A stretch of 64,000 nt of DNA, taken from contig JAGYKX010000007.1 of the NCBI GenBank assembly GCA_018401115.1, positions 314,815 through 378,814 of the forward strand, written 5' to 3'. The notes beneath the pieces are model-generated. The model was not told the origin of the DNA, did not search any database, and worked only from the letters and a program-made list of their open reading frames with translations. Below are positions 19,855 to 29,777 of the stretch, in pieces. The position numbers were made by a program, and so were the translations under genes. How positions within the stretch are numbered: the stretch's first letter is position 1; each line of letters starts with the position of its first letter. Source of the DNA: Flavobacteriaceae bacterium (GTDB lineage: Bacteria; Bacteroidota; Bacteroidia; Flavobacteriales; Flavobacteriaceae).

Positions 19855-21201
19855 TTAATCAATCGGGTCCATTACAAAATCTTCCATAAATTTAGTGGTG
19901 TAATTGCCCGCTAAATAATCCGGATGATCCATAAGTTGTCTGTGGAAAGGAATGGTTGTCTTAACGCCTTCAATCACAAATTCGTCTAAAGCCCTTTTCA
20001 TTTTGTTAATAGCCTCTTCCCTAGTTTGTGCCGTTGTAATTAACTTGGCAATCATAGAGTCATAATTTGGAGGAATCACATAGCCGCTATACACATGGGT
20101 GTCTAATCTAATCCCATGACCCCCTGGCGTGTGAAGAGTGGTGATTTTTCCCGGACTCGGTCTAAAACCGTTATACGGGTCTTCTGCATTAATCCTACAT
20201 TCTATGGCGTGTAGTTTTGGGTAGTAATTTTTTCCAGATATTGGCACCCCTGCAGCCACTAATATTTGCTCTCTAATCAAATCGTAATCTACCACTTGTT
20301 CTGTAATAGGGTGCTCTACCTGAATTCTAGTATTCATTTCCATGAAGTAAAACTTCCTGTGTTTGTCTACCAAAAATTCTATGGTTCCAGCGCCTTCGTA
20401 CTTAATATATTCTGCTGCTTTTACCGCAGCATTGCCCATTTCTTCTCTCAATTTATCTGTCATAAATGGAGAAGGGGTTTCTTCTGTTAGTTTTTGGTGT
20501 CTGCGTTGCACCGAACAATCTCTTTCTGACAAGTGACATGCTTTTCCAAACTGATCTCCAACTACCTGAATCTCAATGTGTCTAGGCTCTTCTATCAGTT
20601 TTTCCATATACATCCCTCCATTACCAAAAGCTGCTGTAGCTTCTTGTACAGCACTTTCGAATAATTTGGTCATGTCTTCTTCTTTCCAAACGGCGCGCAT
20701 TCCCTTACCTCCACCACCAGCAGTGGCTTTAATCATTACAGGATAACCCACTTTTTTTGCGGTGGCAAGAGCATCCTTAACATCCTTTAAAATACCCGCA
20801 GAACCAGGAACACAGGGCACTCCTGCTTTTTTCATGGTTTCTTTAGCAGTGGCTTTGTCGCCCATTTTATCTATTTGATCACCCGATGCACCAATGAATT
20901 TAATGCCATGCTCCGCGCAAATTCTTGAAAACTTAGCGTTTTCAGACAAAAAACCATAACCAGGGTGAATGGCGTCTGCATTGGTAATTTCAGCCGCAGC
21001 AATAATATTTGGGATTTTCAAATAAGACTCGCTACTCGGTGCAGGTCCTATACAAACCGCCTCGTCTGCGAATCTCACATGAAGACTTTCCTCGTCTGCT
21101 TTGGAATACACCGCAACAGTCTTAATTCCCATTTCTTTACAGGTCCTGATAATCCTTAAGGCTATCTCTCCCCTATTTGCAATTAATATCTTCTTAAACA
21201 T
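19855..21201 (-). CDS. accC: Acetyl-CoA carboxylase, biotin carboxylase subunit
   Basis: [26 protein letters not shown]..., 448 aa. Confidence 0.95.
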   Translation of the reverse strand: MFKKILIANRGEIALRIIRTCKEMGIKTVAVYSKADEESLHVRFADEAVCIGPAPSSESYLKIPNIIAAAEITNADAIHPGYGFLSENAKFSRICAEHGIKFIGASGDQIDKMGDKATAKETMKKAGVPCVPGSAGILKDVKDALATAKKVGYPVMIKATAGGGGKGMRAVWKEEDMTKLFESAVQEATAAFGNGGMYMEKLIEEPRHIEIQVVGDQFGKACHLSERDCSVQRRHQKLTEETPSPFMTDKLREEMGNAAVKAAEYIKYEGAGTIEFLVDKHRKFYFMEMNTRIQVEHPITEQVVDYDLIREQILVAAGVPISGKNYYPKLHAIECRINAEDPYNGFRPSPGKITTLHTPGGHGIRLDTHVYSGYVIPPNYDSMIAKLITTAQTREEAINKMKRALDEFVIEGVKTTIPFHRQLMDHPDYLAGNYTTKFMEDFVMDPID

Positions 21202-21249
21202 AGTAGCGCTATTTATAATCCATGAAATATGTTAGCCTTTAGAGGCAAA

Positions 21250-21720
21250 TTAAGAAGGATCTACTACGAAAAGTGGCTGATCAAATTCTACTGGGGAAGA
21301 GTCGTCTACCAAAATCTTAACAATCTTACCCGACACTTCTGACTCAATGTCATTAAATAATTTCATGGCTTCAATCACACAAAGCACATCTCCTTTTCCT
21401 ATCTCACCTCCAACCTCAACAAAATTGGGTTTGTCTGGAGAAGGCCTTCTGTAAAAAGTTCCAATAATGGGCGATTTTATGGTGATCAAATGGTCTTCAT
21501 TAGCTGGGGCAGATTTTGTGGCTGGCGCCGATGCCTCAACCACTGCTGCCACAGGAGCCGTAGCCACTGGCATTTGTTGCATGTAAACAGGCTCAGAAAC
21601 AGCCGTCCCTAAAGGACCTGTTCTGATGGTAATTTTAATTTCTTCTGTCTCTAATTTAACTTCACTGGCTCCTGATTTAGCCACAAATTTAATGAGGTTC
21701 TGAATTTCTTTAATATCCAT
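21250..21720 (-). CDS. accB: Acetyl-CoA carboxylase biotin carboxyl carrier protein
   Basis: Ala/Pro linker plus the biotinylation motif CVIEAMKLFN. Confidence 0.9.
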   Translation of the reverse strand: MDIKEIQNLIKFVAKSGASEVKLETEEIKITIRTGPLGTAVSEPVYMQQMPVATAPVAAVVEASAPATKSAPANEDHLITIKSPIIGTFYRRPSPDKPNFVEVGGEIGKGDVLCVIEAMKLFNDIESEVSGKIVKILVDDSSPVEFDQPLFVVDPS

Positions 21721-21748
21721 TTTAATAAAGTTTAGTTGCGTTAAAGTA

Positions 21749-22744
21749 TTAGTTGTCGTAGGCCCATGTCAAATAAATAGAACCCCACGTAAAGCCTCCA
21801 CCGAAAGCGGCAAAGACCAGTTTGTCTCCTTTTTTTAATTGATTCTCGTAATCTGCCAATAACAGTGGTAAAGTGGCAGAAGTTGTATTCCCGTATTTGG
21901 CAATATTGTTCATTACCTTGGAAGTATCTACTTCCATTCTTTTAGCTGTAGCGTCAATAATTCTATTGTTGGCCTGGTGGGGCACCAACCAATCTACTTG
22001 ATCTTTTGTGAGTGTGTTACGCTCCATTATTTTAGCGGCAGCGTCTGCCATATTAGAAACGGCAAATTTAAATACTGTTTTCCCGTCTTGGTAAACATGG
22101 TGCTGCTTATTTTGAACTGTTTCTATAGAGGCGGGCAACAACGAACCACCTGCTTCCATTTTAAGAAAATTCCTTCCTATTCCGTCGGACCTTAGGTATT
22201 CATCTTGCAATCCATAACCTTCGTTGTTGGGCTCAAAAAGAGCTGCTCCTGCACCATCTCCAAAGATAATACAAGTAGCCCTGTCAGTATAGTCAATAAT
22301 AGAAGACATTTTATCTGCGCCTATTAAAAGTACTTTCTTATACCTCCCTGCCTCAATATATGCCGCAGCTGTAGACATTCCATACAAGAAACTTGAACAA
22401 GCGGCCTGTAAATCATAAGAAAAAGCATTAATCGCGCCTATTTCTGAAGCCACATAGGCGGCAGTAGAAGCTACTAAAAGGTCTGGAGTAGCTGTAGCTA
22501 CAAGCACTAAATCTATAGTGTGAGGGTCTAATTGTTTCTTTTCAATAAGGTCCTTGGCTGCCTGAATAGCCAAGTAAGAAGTTCCTTTGTCTTTGTCTTT
22601 TAAAATTCTACGCTCTTTAATTCCTGTTCTAGAGGTAATCCATTCATCGTTGGTCTCCACCATGGTCTCTAAAAGTGCGTTTGTTAACACAAAGTCTGGG
22701 ACATAAGATCCCACAGCTGAAATGGCTGCATGTAATTTTGTCAT
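21749..22744 (-). CDS. fabH: Beta-ketoacyl-ACP synthase III
   Basis: 331 aa with the ACSSFLYG active-site Cys, HQAN, and GNTTSATLP. Confidence 0.9.
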   Translation of the reverse strand: MTKLHAAISAVGSYVPDFVLTNALLETMVETNDEWITSRTGIKERRILKDKDKGTSYLAIQAAKDLIEKKQLDPHTIDLVLVATATPDLLVASTAAYVASEIGAINAFSYDLQAACSSFLYGMSTAAAYIEAGRYKKVLLIGADKMSSIIDYTDRATCIIFGDGAGAALFEPNNEGYGLQDEYLRSDGIGRNFLKMEAGGSLLPASIETVQNKQHHVYQDGKTVFKFAVSNMADAAAKIMERNTLTKDQVDWLVPHQANNRIIDATAKRMEVDTSKVMNNIAKYGNTTSATLPLLLADYENQLKKGDKLVFAAFGGGFTWGSIYLTWAYDN

Positions 22745-22926
22745 TCGAATTGGTTTGTTTTTAAGCGAAAAGTGCTGAAAAATGATTCAAAATTCGTGAA
22801 AATTAATCATTTTACACCACCTTTTAGTGTTTTTTACAATTTTTAAAGGATTTTAAGCGGTTTTTTTATCATCTCAAATCCACTTTAAAAAAACAAGCTT
22901 TGGTTATAAAACCAAAAGTTTATATC

Positions 22927-22958
22927 ATAAAAAAACTCCCACTTAAAAAAGTGGGAGT
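22927..22958 (-). terminator. Rho-independent terminator after rpmF
   Basis: Stem actcccac / gtgggagt (22935..22958). On the minus strand it is followed by a T-run (plus-strand A-run 22929..22934). Confidence 0.7.
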
Positions 22959-22981
22959 TATTTGAACCTAAAAACGTTTAC

Positions 22982-23179
22982 TTAGGCAGTAGCTACCTCA
23001 GTGTTGTCTATAAGCACTTGACCTCTGTAGTATAATTTACCTTCGTGCCAGTGTGCTCTATGATACAGGTGCATTTCACCTGTTGTTGGATCTTTAGCAA
23101 TAGTAGGGGCTACTGCTTTGTAATGTGTTCTTCTTTTGTCTCTCCTTGTTTTGGAAATTTTTCTCTTTGGATGTGCCAT
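22982..23179 (-). CDS. rpmF: 50S ribosomal protein L32
   Basis: [22 protein letters not shown]. Confidence 0.9.
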   Translation of the reverse strand: MAHPKRKISKTRRDKRRTHYKAVAPTIAKDPTTGEMHLYHRAHWHEGKLYYRGQVLIDNTEVATA

Positions 23180-23187
23180 AACAATAC

Positions 23188-23727
23188 CTATTTATCCGTT
23201 AATAACTTTTTTAGAGCGTCCCATCTAGGGTCCGTCTCTTCTATTGCTTCTTTTTGTTCCTTTAGTTCTTTAACTCCTAATTTTTCTAGGGTTTCGAGTG
23301 CCTCAGATTTTAATGTTCCGTCTAATACACCTGGATGTACTTTTTTGGCGGGTAATGCCAAAACAATCATTTCGTAAATATATTGTGATACATCTACTTG
23401 GTGTTCTCCGTGAGGAAGCACTAAAAGCGCTTCATTTTCATTGTCAAAAGCCTCTCCAAATTTCACGACTAAATCTAGTGAAGATTGCAGCGGGAGATCG
23501 AAAGGTTCATTAGTGGTGTCACAGTTTACACGGACACTTCCACGGGCTTCAAATGTCAATTCCATCATGGTACTTAACTTCTTTAATGTCACATGAACAT
23601 TGAGTTCAGCGGCATTAAAATCATTAAAATCATATGCGTTAAAGAACGTGTTGTCTATGGCAAATTCGAACTGGTGCTTTCCTTCTTTAAGTCCTGAAAA
23701 TGGAATATGGTACTCCCTATTTTTCAT
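23188..23727 (-). CDS. DUF177 (YceD-like) protein
   Basis: 179 aa, conserved position immediately upstream of rpmF, acidic C-terminus. Confidence 0.8.
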   Translation of the reverse strand: MKNREYHIPFSGLKEGKHQFEFAIDNTFFNAYDFNDFNAAELNVHVTLKKLSTMMELTFEARGSVRVNCDTTNEPFDLPLQSSLDLVVKFGEAFDNENEALLVLPHGEHQVDVSQYIYEMIVLALPAKKVHPGVLDGTLKSEALETLEKLGVKELKEQKEAIEETDPRWDALKKLLTDK

Positions 23728-23823
23728 TATAAATTAGATTATACGCACCTCTCCACTAAGCCAAAAGGCGGGTGCAAAGATACTATTATTATACTAACAA
23801 CCAAGCATTAAAGAAATTAAAAA

Positions 23824-24915
23824 TTATTTTTGTGTTGGTGGTTTATAGTGGCTTTTCTTAATGGGTCTCTTCTCGACAATTTTAGCTTTTTTCAAAGGAT
23901 TTTCCATAAGGGTTTTATACATGGCCCTATGCTTAAAAATCTGTATGGCTGCATACACCGCAGCTGAAAATGAAGTGTGATCTGCTACACCTTTACCCGC
24001 TATATCATAAGCAGTTCCATGGTCTGGTGAAGTTCTCACCTTTGATAAGCCTGCAGTGAAGTTCACCCCATTGCCAAAAGAAAGTGTTTTAAAGGGAATT
24101 AATCCTTGGTCGTGATAGGCGGCGAGTATCGCGTCAAATTGGGTGTAATTTTTAGAACCAAAAAAGCTATCGGCCGCGTAGGGGCCAAAAACCAAAGATC
24201 CTCCGTGGGCAATTTCAGCAATGGTCGGGATAAGAATGTCTTGGTCTTCTTTTCCAATAACACCATGGTCCCCGTTGTGTGGGTTTATACCCAACATGGC
24301 TACTTTGGGTTTTCTAATCCCAAAATCTTGTTCTAAAGACTTTAATATCGTTTTTATTTTAGATTTAATAATTTCAGGAGTGATATGACTAGACACTTCA
24401 CTCACAGCTACATGGTCTGTTAATAATCCAACCCTAAGAGAATCTGACACCATAAACATGAGGCTCTCCCCGCCGAGTTCCTGAGCCAAATAATCTGTAT
24501 GTCCCGGAAAACTGAAAGTCTCACTTTGAATATTACTCTTGTTTATTGGCGCGGTAACCAAGACGTCAATGCTTCCTTCCTTAAGTGCTTTTGTGGCTGC
24601 TTCTAAAGATTTTAAAGCGTATTCACCCCCTAACTTGGTCTCTTTACCAAAATGTATTTCAGGAACCTCTTTCCAAATATTGACCACATTAAATTTACCT
24701 TCTATAGCCTCTGAGGCGCTAGTGACACCCTGATACACAAGCTGGGTGCCTAATTGTTGTTGGTGCTGTGCTATGGTTTTGCTAGAGGCAAATACCACAG
24801 GGGTACACAATTCTAATGTCCTAGGGTCTTCGAAAGTTTTTAAAATAACTTCGCCGCCTATTCCATTTAAATCTCCTATTGAAATTCCAACTTTTATTTT
24901 TGCATTATTCTGCAT
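23824..24915 (-). CDS. pdxA: 4-hydroxythreonine-4-phosphate dehydrogenase
   Basis: Start trimmed to ATG 24915 (MQNNAKIKVGISIGD). FPGHTDYLA and SPDHGTA motifs are present. Confidence 0.9.
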   Translation of the reverse strand: MQNNAKIKVGISIGDLNGIGGEVILKTFEDPRTLELCTPVVFASSKTIAQHQQQLGTQLVYQGVTSASEAIEGKFNVVNIWKEVPEIHFGKETKLGGEYALKSLEAATKALKEGSIDVLVTAPINKSNIQSETFSFPGHTDYLAQELGGESLMFMVSDSLRVGLLTDHVAVSEVSSHITPEIIKSKIKTILKSLEQDFGIRKPKVAMLGINPHNGDHGVIGKEDQDILIPTIAEIAHGGSLVFGPYAADSFFGSKNYTQFDAILAAYHDQGLIPFKTLSFGNGVNFTAGLSKVRTSPDHGTAYDIAGKGVADHTSFSAAVYAAIQIFKHRAMYKTLMENPLKKAKIVEKRPIKKSHYKPPTQK

Positions 24916-24973
24916 GCTATATCTGGCTTTATAAGTAAATTTGCTGGGTAAAATTAGACAATAAAAACGAACC

Positions 24974-25564
24974 ATGTTTACTGGAATTATTGAAACTTTA
25001 GGAAAAGTAGTTGGAATAGATGCTGAAGGGAGTAATATGCACCTAAGCATTGAAACACCTTTAGCGAATGAGTTAAAAATTGATCAGAGTGTTGCACACA
25101 ACGGAGTATGTTTAACCGTGATAGAAAAAACATCCAAACAATACACGGTAACTGCTATTGCAGAAACATTAGAAAAAACATCCTTGAATCACTTTAAAGT
25201 GGGCCAACTAATTAACCTTGAACGCGCTATGATATTAGGCAGTAGATTGGACGGACATATTGTTCAAGGTCATGTAGATCAGACCGGGGTTTGTTCGGGG
25301 CTCAAAGAAGAAGACGGGAGCTGGGTATTTACCTTTAACTACGATCCAGACAAAAGCAATGTGACTATTGAAAAAGGATCTATTACTATAGATGGAACGA
25401 GTCTAACCGTTGTAAACTCTGAAAAAAATAGCTTCTCTGTGGCTATTATACCCTACACTTATGCGCACACCTGTTTCCAACAGTACCAAATAGGTACAGT
25501 TGTAAACTTGGAGTTTGACGTAATTGGAAAATACGTAAAACGTTTGTTAGAAATTGGCAAATAA
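24974..25564 (+). CDS. ribE: Riboflavin synthase
   Basis: MFTGIIETLGKV ... internal duplication with GHVD and DGTSLTV. Confidence 0.9.
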   Translation: MFTGIIETLGKVVGIDAEGSNMHLSIETPLANELKIDQSVAHNGVCLTVIEKTSKQYTVTAIAETLEKTSLNHFKVGQLINLERAMILGSRLDGHIVQGHVDQTGVCSGLKEEDGSWVFTFNYDPDKSNVTIEKGSITIDGTSLTVVNSEKNSFSVAIIPYTYAHTCFQQYQIGTVVNLEFDVIGKYVKRLLEIGK

Positions 25565-25616
25565 AATAAGTCTTTGGCGGGGGTTTTAATTCAATTTTAA
25601 GTTGGCTTAAAATTGA

Positions 25617-25853
25617 CTACGCGCTTTCTAATTGCGACCTAAAATCTGCGATAAGCCTCAATGCTGCTTCCTCAAATTCTTGGGGGACAGCCATTTTAAT
25701 CGTAGATTCTGTTCCGCCGGCAAATCCTGCTAAAACACCCGAAACCTGTTCGTTTTTCTCCACAAAAGGAATCCCATGATCTTCAAAAACTCCTTTAAGT
25801 AATAAAACTGCCATGGCGTTTCCTGTAAAAATTTCCTTATATGTGCTGCTCAT
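25617..25853 (-). CDS. Small protein, DUF2007-like (putative signal-transducing fold)
   Basis: 78-aa ORF. The call rests on size and sequence pattern only. Confidence 0.4.
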   Translation of the reverse strand: MSSTYKEIFTGNAMAVLLLKGVFEDHGIPFVEKNEQVSGVLAGFAGGTESTIKMAVPQEFEEAALRLIADFRSQLESA

Positions 25854-25904
25854 TTGAATGGTCTTTTAACATAAAAATAAGGCATTTCATACAAAACGAC
25901 AAAA

Positions 25905-26996
25905 TTAAACCTTAATGAAAATTTTCTTTTGATACATAAAGGACGCCATGAACACATAAAATGCACAGACCGTTATGGCGTAAAGCAAAGAAGACAAGGC
26001 GGGATCTATGGCCTGGTGCAGGTATATTTTTTCAAATAAAACTCCGTGAATACTACTTCCATTGATTGGAATTAAATAAAACAATTTAGTGACAAAACTA
26101 GACGTAAAATAAATAGCAATCGCATTCGCACCTACTTTGGAAAACACCCTTCCAAAGGTGAGTTTTTTCACTTCACGCAGGTAAAATAAAGTCCCTAACA
26201 CTAGATTGGCCCAACCAGCTGTAACCAGCACAAATGAACTGCTCCAAAGGGCTTTATTAATGGGAAAACTCAAATCTAATAAATGCCCTAAACCGAGCAA
26301 AACAATACCCGATATAAACAAAAGGGAGGCTTTTTGATAGGTGTTAGACCGCAATATATCTCCCGCTAATGTGCCCAGCAATGCCGTTGAAATTGCAGGT
26401 AAAGTACTGAGTATACCCTCAGGGTCATAGTCTGGTTTCCACATATGAGAACCCAGTAATTTCAAGTCTATAAAATTGGCCCAATTGTTCGCTGCTCTTT
26501 CATAGGTAGGGGCCACCCCTTCTATAGGGAGAAAACCCATCCATAGCCAATAAGCCAATAAAATAATTCCAATAATCAAGGCAGTACTTCTTTTGCTACC
26601 CAAGAGATATATCATACTCGCAAAGAAAAAAACAAGTCCAATACGTTGAAGCACTCCGGGAAAACGAATGCTTTCAAAATCTTTAATAAAGGGAAAACTA
26701 ATGGTAAATGAGCCTAGAAAAAGACCCAGTCCAATAAGTTTTAAACTCCTTTTGGTCAATTTTAAAAAAACAGGGGGCTTTAATTTCTTGTCTTTATAGG
26801 AGAGCGAGATAGACACGCCAACAATAAAAAGAAAGAAAGGAAAAACCAAATCTGTAAGGGTGTATCCATGCCAAGAGGCGTGTAAAAAAGGGGTGTAAAC
26901 AGCAGACCAAGTGCCAGGAGTATTGACCAAAATCATGAGTAATATGGTGGTTCCCCTAAAAATATCTACCGAAGGTACCCTTTTGTTAAAAATCAT
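25905..26996 (-). CDS. Heparan-alpha-glucosaminide N-acetyltransferase-like membrane protein (DUF5009/DUF1624)
   Basis: Start trimmed to ATG 26996, which forms an ATGA overlap with the upstream stop. N-terminus is RVPSVDIFRGTTILLMILVN; the protein is polytopic. Confidence 0.6.
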   Translation of the reverse strand: MIFNKRVPSVDIFRGTTILLMILVNTPGTWSAVYTPFLHASWHGYTLTDLVFPFFLFIVGVSISLSYKDKKLKPPVFLKLTKRSLKLIGLGLFLGSFTISFPFIKDFESIRFPGVLQRIGLVFFFASMIYLLGSKRSTALIIGIILLAYWLWMGFLPIEGVAPTYERAANNWANFIDLKLLGSHMWKPDYDPEGILSTLPAISTALLGTLAGDILRSNTYQKASLLFISGIVLLGLGHLLDLSFPINKALWSSSFVLVTAGWANLVLGTLFYLREVKKLTFGRVFSKVGANAIAIYFTSSFVTKLFYLIPINGSSIHGVLFEKIYLHQAIDPALSSLLYAITVCAFYVFMASFMYQKKIFIKV

Positions 26997-28801
26997 AAAA
27001 TAGATTTTTTTAAGGTTTTCCAAACTTTGAGTAATAAAACTCCTGCTACAATCACTGCAAGCGTTAAGCCAGCGGCCAAAGTGTAATTGCCATAGATCCA
27101 ATTACCTGTTGCAAACATACAGCCATACACAAGTATTGCACCTAAAATCATCGCTAAAATACCAGAAGGAACGGACCATTCCTGATGTTTTAATTGGCCT
27201 TCGGAAATGGCTTTTTCCTGTTGTGTTTTCCAGCCAGGACCTCCAGGCTGAGTTTGCTTGTAAAATCTATCTAGGGTTTCTTCCCTCTCGGGCGATGTTA
27301 GGAAAGTGACCGTAATCCAAACAATAGAAGTCAGAAGTACCACTAAAGGGAATTTGGCCCAAGAGGGAAAAATACCATCTAATCCATCTCCGCCAAAAAA
27401 AGTGGTTCCTAAGGAGCCAAAATTAAACAGTATAGACAGTACCCCAGAAACAATCATAGCAGATATTTCACTCCACGCATTTATACGCCACCAAAACCAC
27501 CTAAGAATAAAAATAAGCCCAGTTCCTGCGCCAAACATTAAAATTATATCAAACAATTGAAGGGCATTTGTCAGGGTGAGTGCTAAAAAACCACTTGCCA
27601 CCATCAATAAAACAGTGGCTATTCTACCCACCATAACCAGTTGTTTTTCAGTAGCATTGGGCTGAATTTCTAGTTTATATACATCGTTTACAATATAAGA
27701 AGAACCCCAATTTAAATGGGTGGAGATTGTAGACATATAAGCGGCTCCTAAAGAAGCCATAACCAGACCGAGTAAGCCGCTGGGTAGTTTTGTGAGCATG
27801 GCAGAGTACGCCAAGTCATTCCCTAATTTGTCTGCAGCTACATTGGGAAAGGCTGTTTGGATAGATAATAAATCTGGGTAAACCACCATAGAAGCTAAAG
27901 CCACTATGATCCATGGCCAAGGACGCAATGCATAGTGCATGATATTAAAGAAAAAAGTAGCCCCTATGGCGTGGTTTTCGTTTTTGGCAGCCAGCATTCT
28001 CTGTGCAATATATCCGCCTCCACCAGGTTCTGCGCCCGGATACCAAGCAGACCACCATTGCACAGCTAAAGGGATAATTAAAATCCCTATTAAGGCTTCT
28101 GTATCTGAGAAATCAGGGAGAATAGACAATTTATCTGAAACATTTTCGTGGGCTAAAAGTGCTTCTAAACCGCCTACCTCTGGGATATTGACCAAATAAT
28201 AAGCCGCACCTACAGCGCCTGCAATAGCGACAAAAAACAAGACAAAATCTGTGTAAATTACTCCTCTAAAACCTCCAAAAGCACTGAATAATACCGTAAT
28301 ACTCCCTGCCACTAATACTGTAAAAACAGGATCTAAGCCCAACATGACTTGACCTATTTTAATCGCAGCTAAAGTCACTGCAGACATAGCCATAACGTTA
28401 AACAAAACCCCTAAATAAAAAGCCCTAAACCACCTTAGAAAGTGCGCTGGTTTTCCGCCATATCTGAGTTCATAAAATTCCATATCTGTAGCCACATTTG
28501 ACCGGCGCCATAGTTTGGCGTAAACAAAAACAGTCAGAAGGCCAGTAAGTAGAAAGGCCCACCAAACCCAGTTTCCTGAAACCCCGTTTGTTCTTACAAT
28601 ATCTGTGACAAGATTAGGGGTGTCTGTAGAAAATGTGGTAGCTACCATAGAAAATCCTAAAAGCCACCACGGCATACTTCTTCCTGAAAGGAAATACTCA
28701 GCGCTGCTTTGGCCAGATTTTTTAGAGACTACAATTCCTATAATTAGTACGATTGAAAAAAAGCCAGCAATAATGCTGTAATCCAAGACAGACAAATTCA
28801 T
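26993..28801 (-). CDS. Sodium:solute symporter (SSF) family transporter
   Basis: 602 aa and polytopic, with a typical SSF N-terminus (EYFLSGRSMPWW). Confidence 0.85.
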   Translation of the reverse strand: MNLSVLDYSIIAGFFSIVLIIGIVVSKKSGQSSAEYFLSGRSMPWWLLGFSMVATTFSTDTPNLVTDIVRTNGVSGNWVWWAFLLTGLLTVFVYAKLWRRSNVATDMEFYELRYGGKPAHFLRWFRAFYLGVLFNVMAMSAVTLAAIKIGQVMLGLDPVFTVLVAGSITVLFSAFGGFRGVIYTDFVLFFVAIAGAVGAAYYLVNIPEVGGLEALLAHENVSDKLSILPDFSDTEALIGILIIPLAVQWWSAWYPGAEPGGGGYIAQRMLAAKNENHAIGATFFFNIMHYALRPWPWIIVALASMVVYPDLLSIQTAFPNVAADKLGNDLAYSAMLTKLPSGLLGLVMASLGAAYMSTISTHLNWGSSYIVNDVYKLEIQPNATEKQLVMVGRIATVLLMVASGFLALTLTNALQLFDIILMFGAGTGLIFILRWFWWRINAWSEISAMIVSGVLSILFNFGSLGTTFFGGDGLDGIFPSWAKFPLVVLLTSIVWITVTFLTSPEREETLDRFYKQTQPGGPGWKTQQEKAISEGQLKHQEWSVPSGILAMILGAILVYGCMFATGNWIYGNYTLAAGLTLAVIVAGVLLLKVWKTLKKSIL

Positions 28802-28918
28802 TTTTTGGTTGGTTTAACGGTTTGGTTGGTAATGATAAACATAAAGGTATTATTTTTTGTTACACTGCACACATTTTATGACTTAAGTGTCTTAAAAAAC
28901 AAATTGTACCTTCGTTTT

Positions 28919-29674
28919 ATGGACGCTTATTTAAATGGACTACTATCTATAGAATCATTTGTTTTTGCCTTTTTAGCCGCTTTTATTTTAGGGGTCTCCA
29001 AAGCAGGAGTTAAAGGAATAGCTGTATTAATAGTCACCCTAATGGCATTGGCTTTTGGAGGTAGGTCTTCTACAGGAATGCTCATGCCGCTGCTCATTGT
29101 GGGAGATGTTTTTGCCATTACATACTACCACAGGCATACCCAATGGCACTATTTAAAAGTCTTCCTCCCCTGGATGATGCTGGGTGTGGTCATTGGCGTA
29201 ATTATTGGTAAAGACCTTCCTGAAAAAACCTTTCAAATGGGAATGGCTGTTGCTATATTACTCACCTTGAGTATGCTTATATGGTGGGAAAAAAAGAAAG
29301 TAAAAACCATTCCTACCCATTGGAGCTTTGGAGGTTTTATGGGCATTATGGCAGGAATTACCACCATGATTGGAAATCTAGCGGGTGCTTTTTCAAATAT
29401 TTATTTTCTAGCCATGCGCCTTCCTAAAAATCATTTTATTGGCACTGCGGCCTGGTTGTTTTTCCTAATAAACTTATTCAAACTCCCTTTTCATGTTTTT
29501 GTATGGAAGACTGTCACTTCTGAGAGTTTAAAAATATTTTTAATACTGCTTCCAGGTACTTTAGTAGGTTTACTTACAGGAGTGTTTTTTGTACACAAAA
29601 TTTCAGATGCGTTTTTTAGAAAAATGATACTAGTGCTTACCTCCTTAGGGGCAATAGTCTTGTTTTTAAGGTAA
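28919..29674 (+). CDS. TauE/SafE family sulfite-exporter-like membrane protein
   Basis: Start trimmed to ATG 28919. About 250 aa and polytopic, with a GVSKAGVKG motif. Confidence 0.7.
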   Translation: MDAYLNGLLSIESFVFAFLAAFILGVSKAGVKGIAVLIVTLMALAFGGRSSTGMLMPLLIVGDVFAITYYHRHTQWHYLKVFLPWMMLGVVIGVIIGKDLPEKTFQMGMAVAILLTLSMLIWWEKKKVKTIPTHWSFGGFMGIMAGITTMIGNLAGAFSNIYFLAMRLPKNHFIGTAAWLFFLINLFKLPFHVFVWKTVTSESLKIFLILLPGTLVGLLTGVFFVHKISDAFFRKMILVLTSLGAIVLFLR

Positions 29675-29777
29675 TTTTATTACTTAAGAACTGCATATAA
29701 TGATAATATTGTATATTTATTTTATAGAATTATTGAAATAAATAACCTCTTTGAATTCTTGAACTCAGCCTATCCCC

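Noticed and set aside
23045-23377. 110-aa plus-strand ORF spanning rpmF and the DUF177 gene
   Set aside because: It is antisense to two conserved genes and crosses their intergenic gap, so it is spurious.
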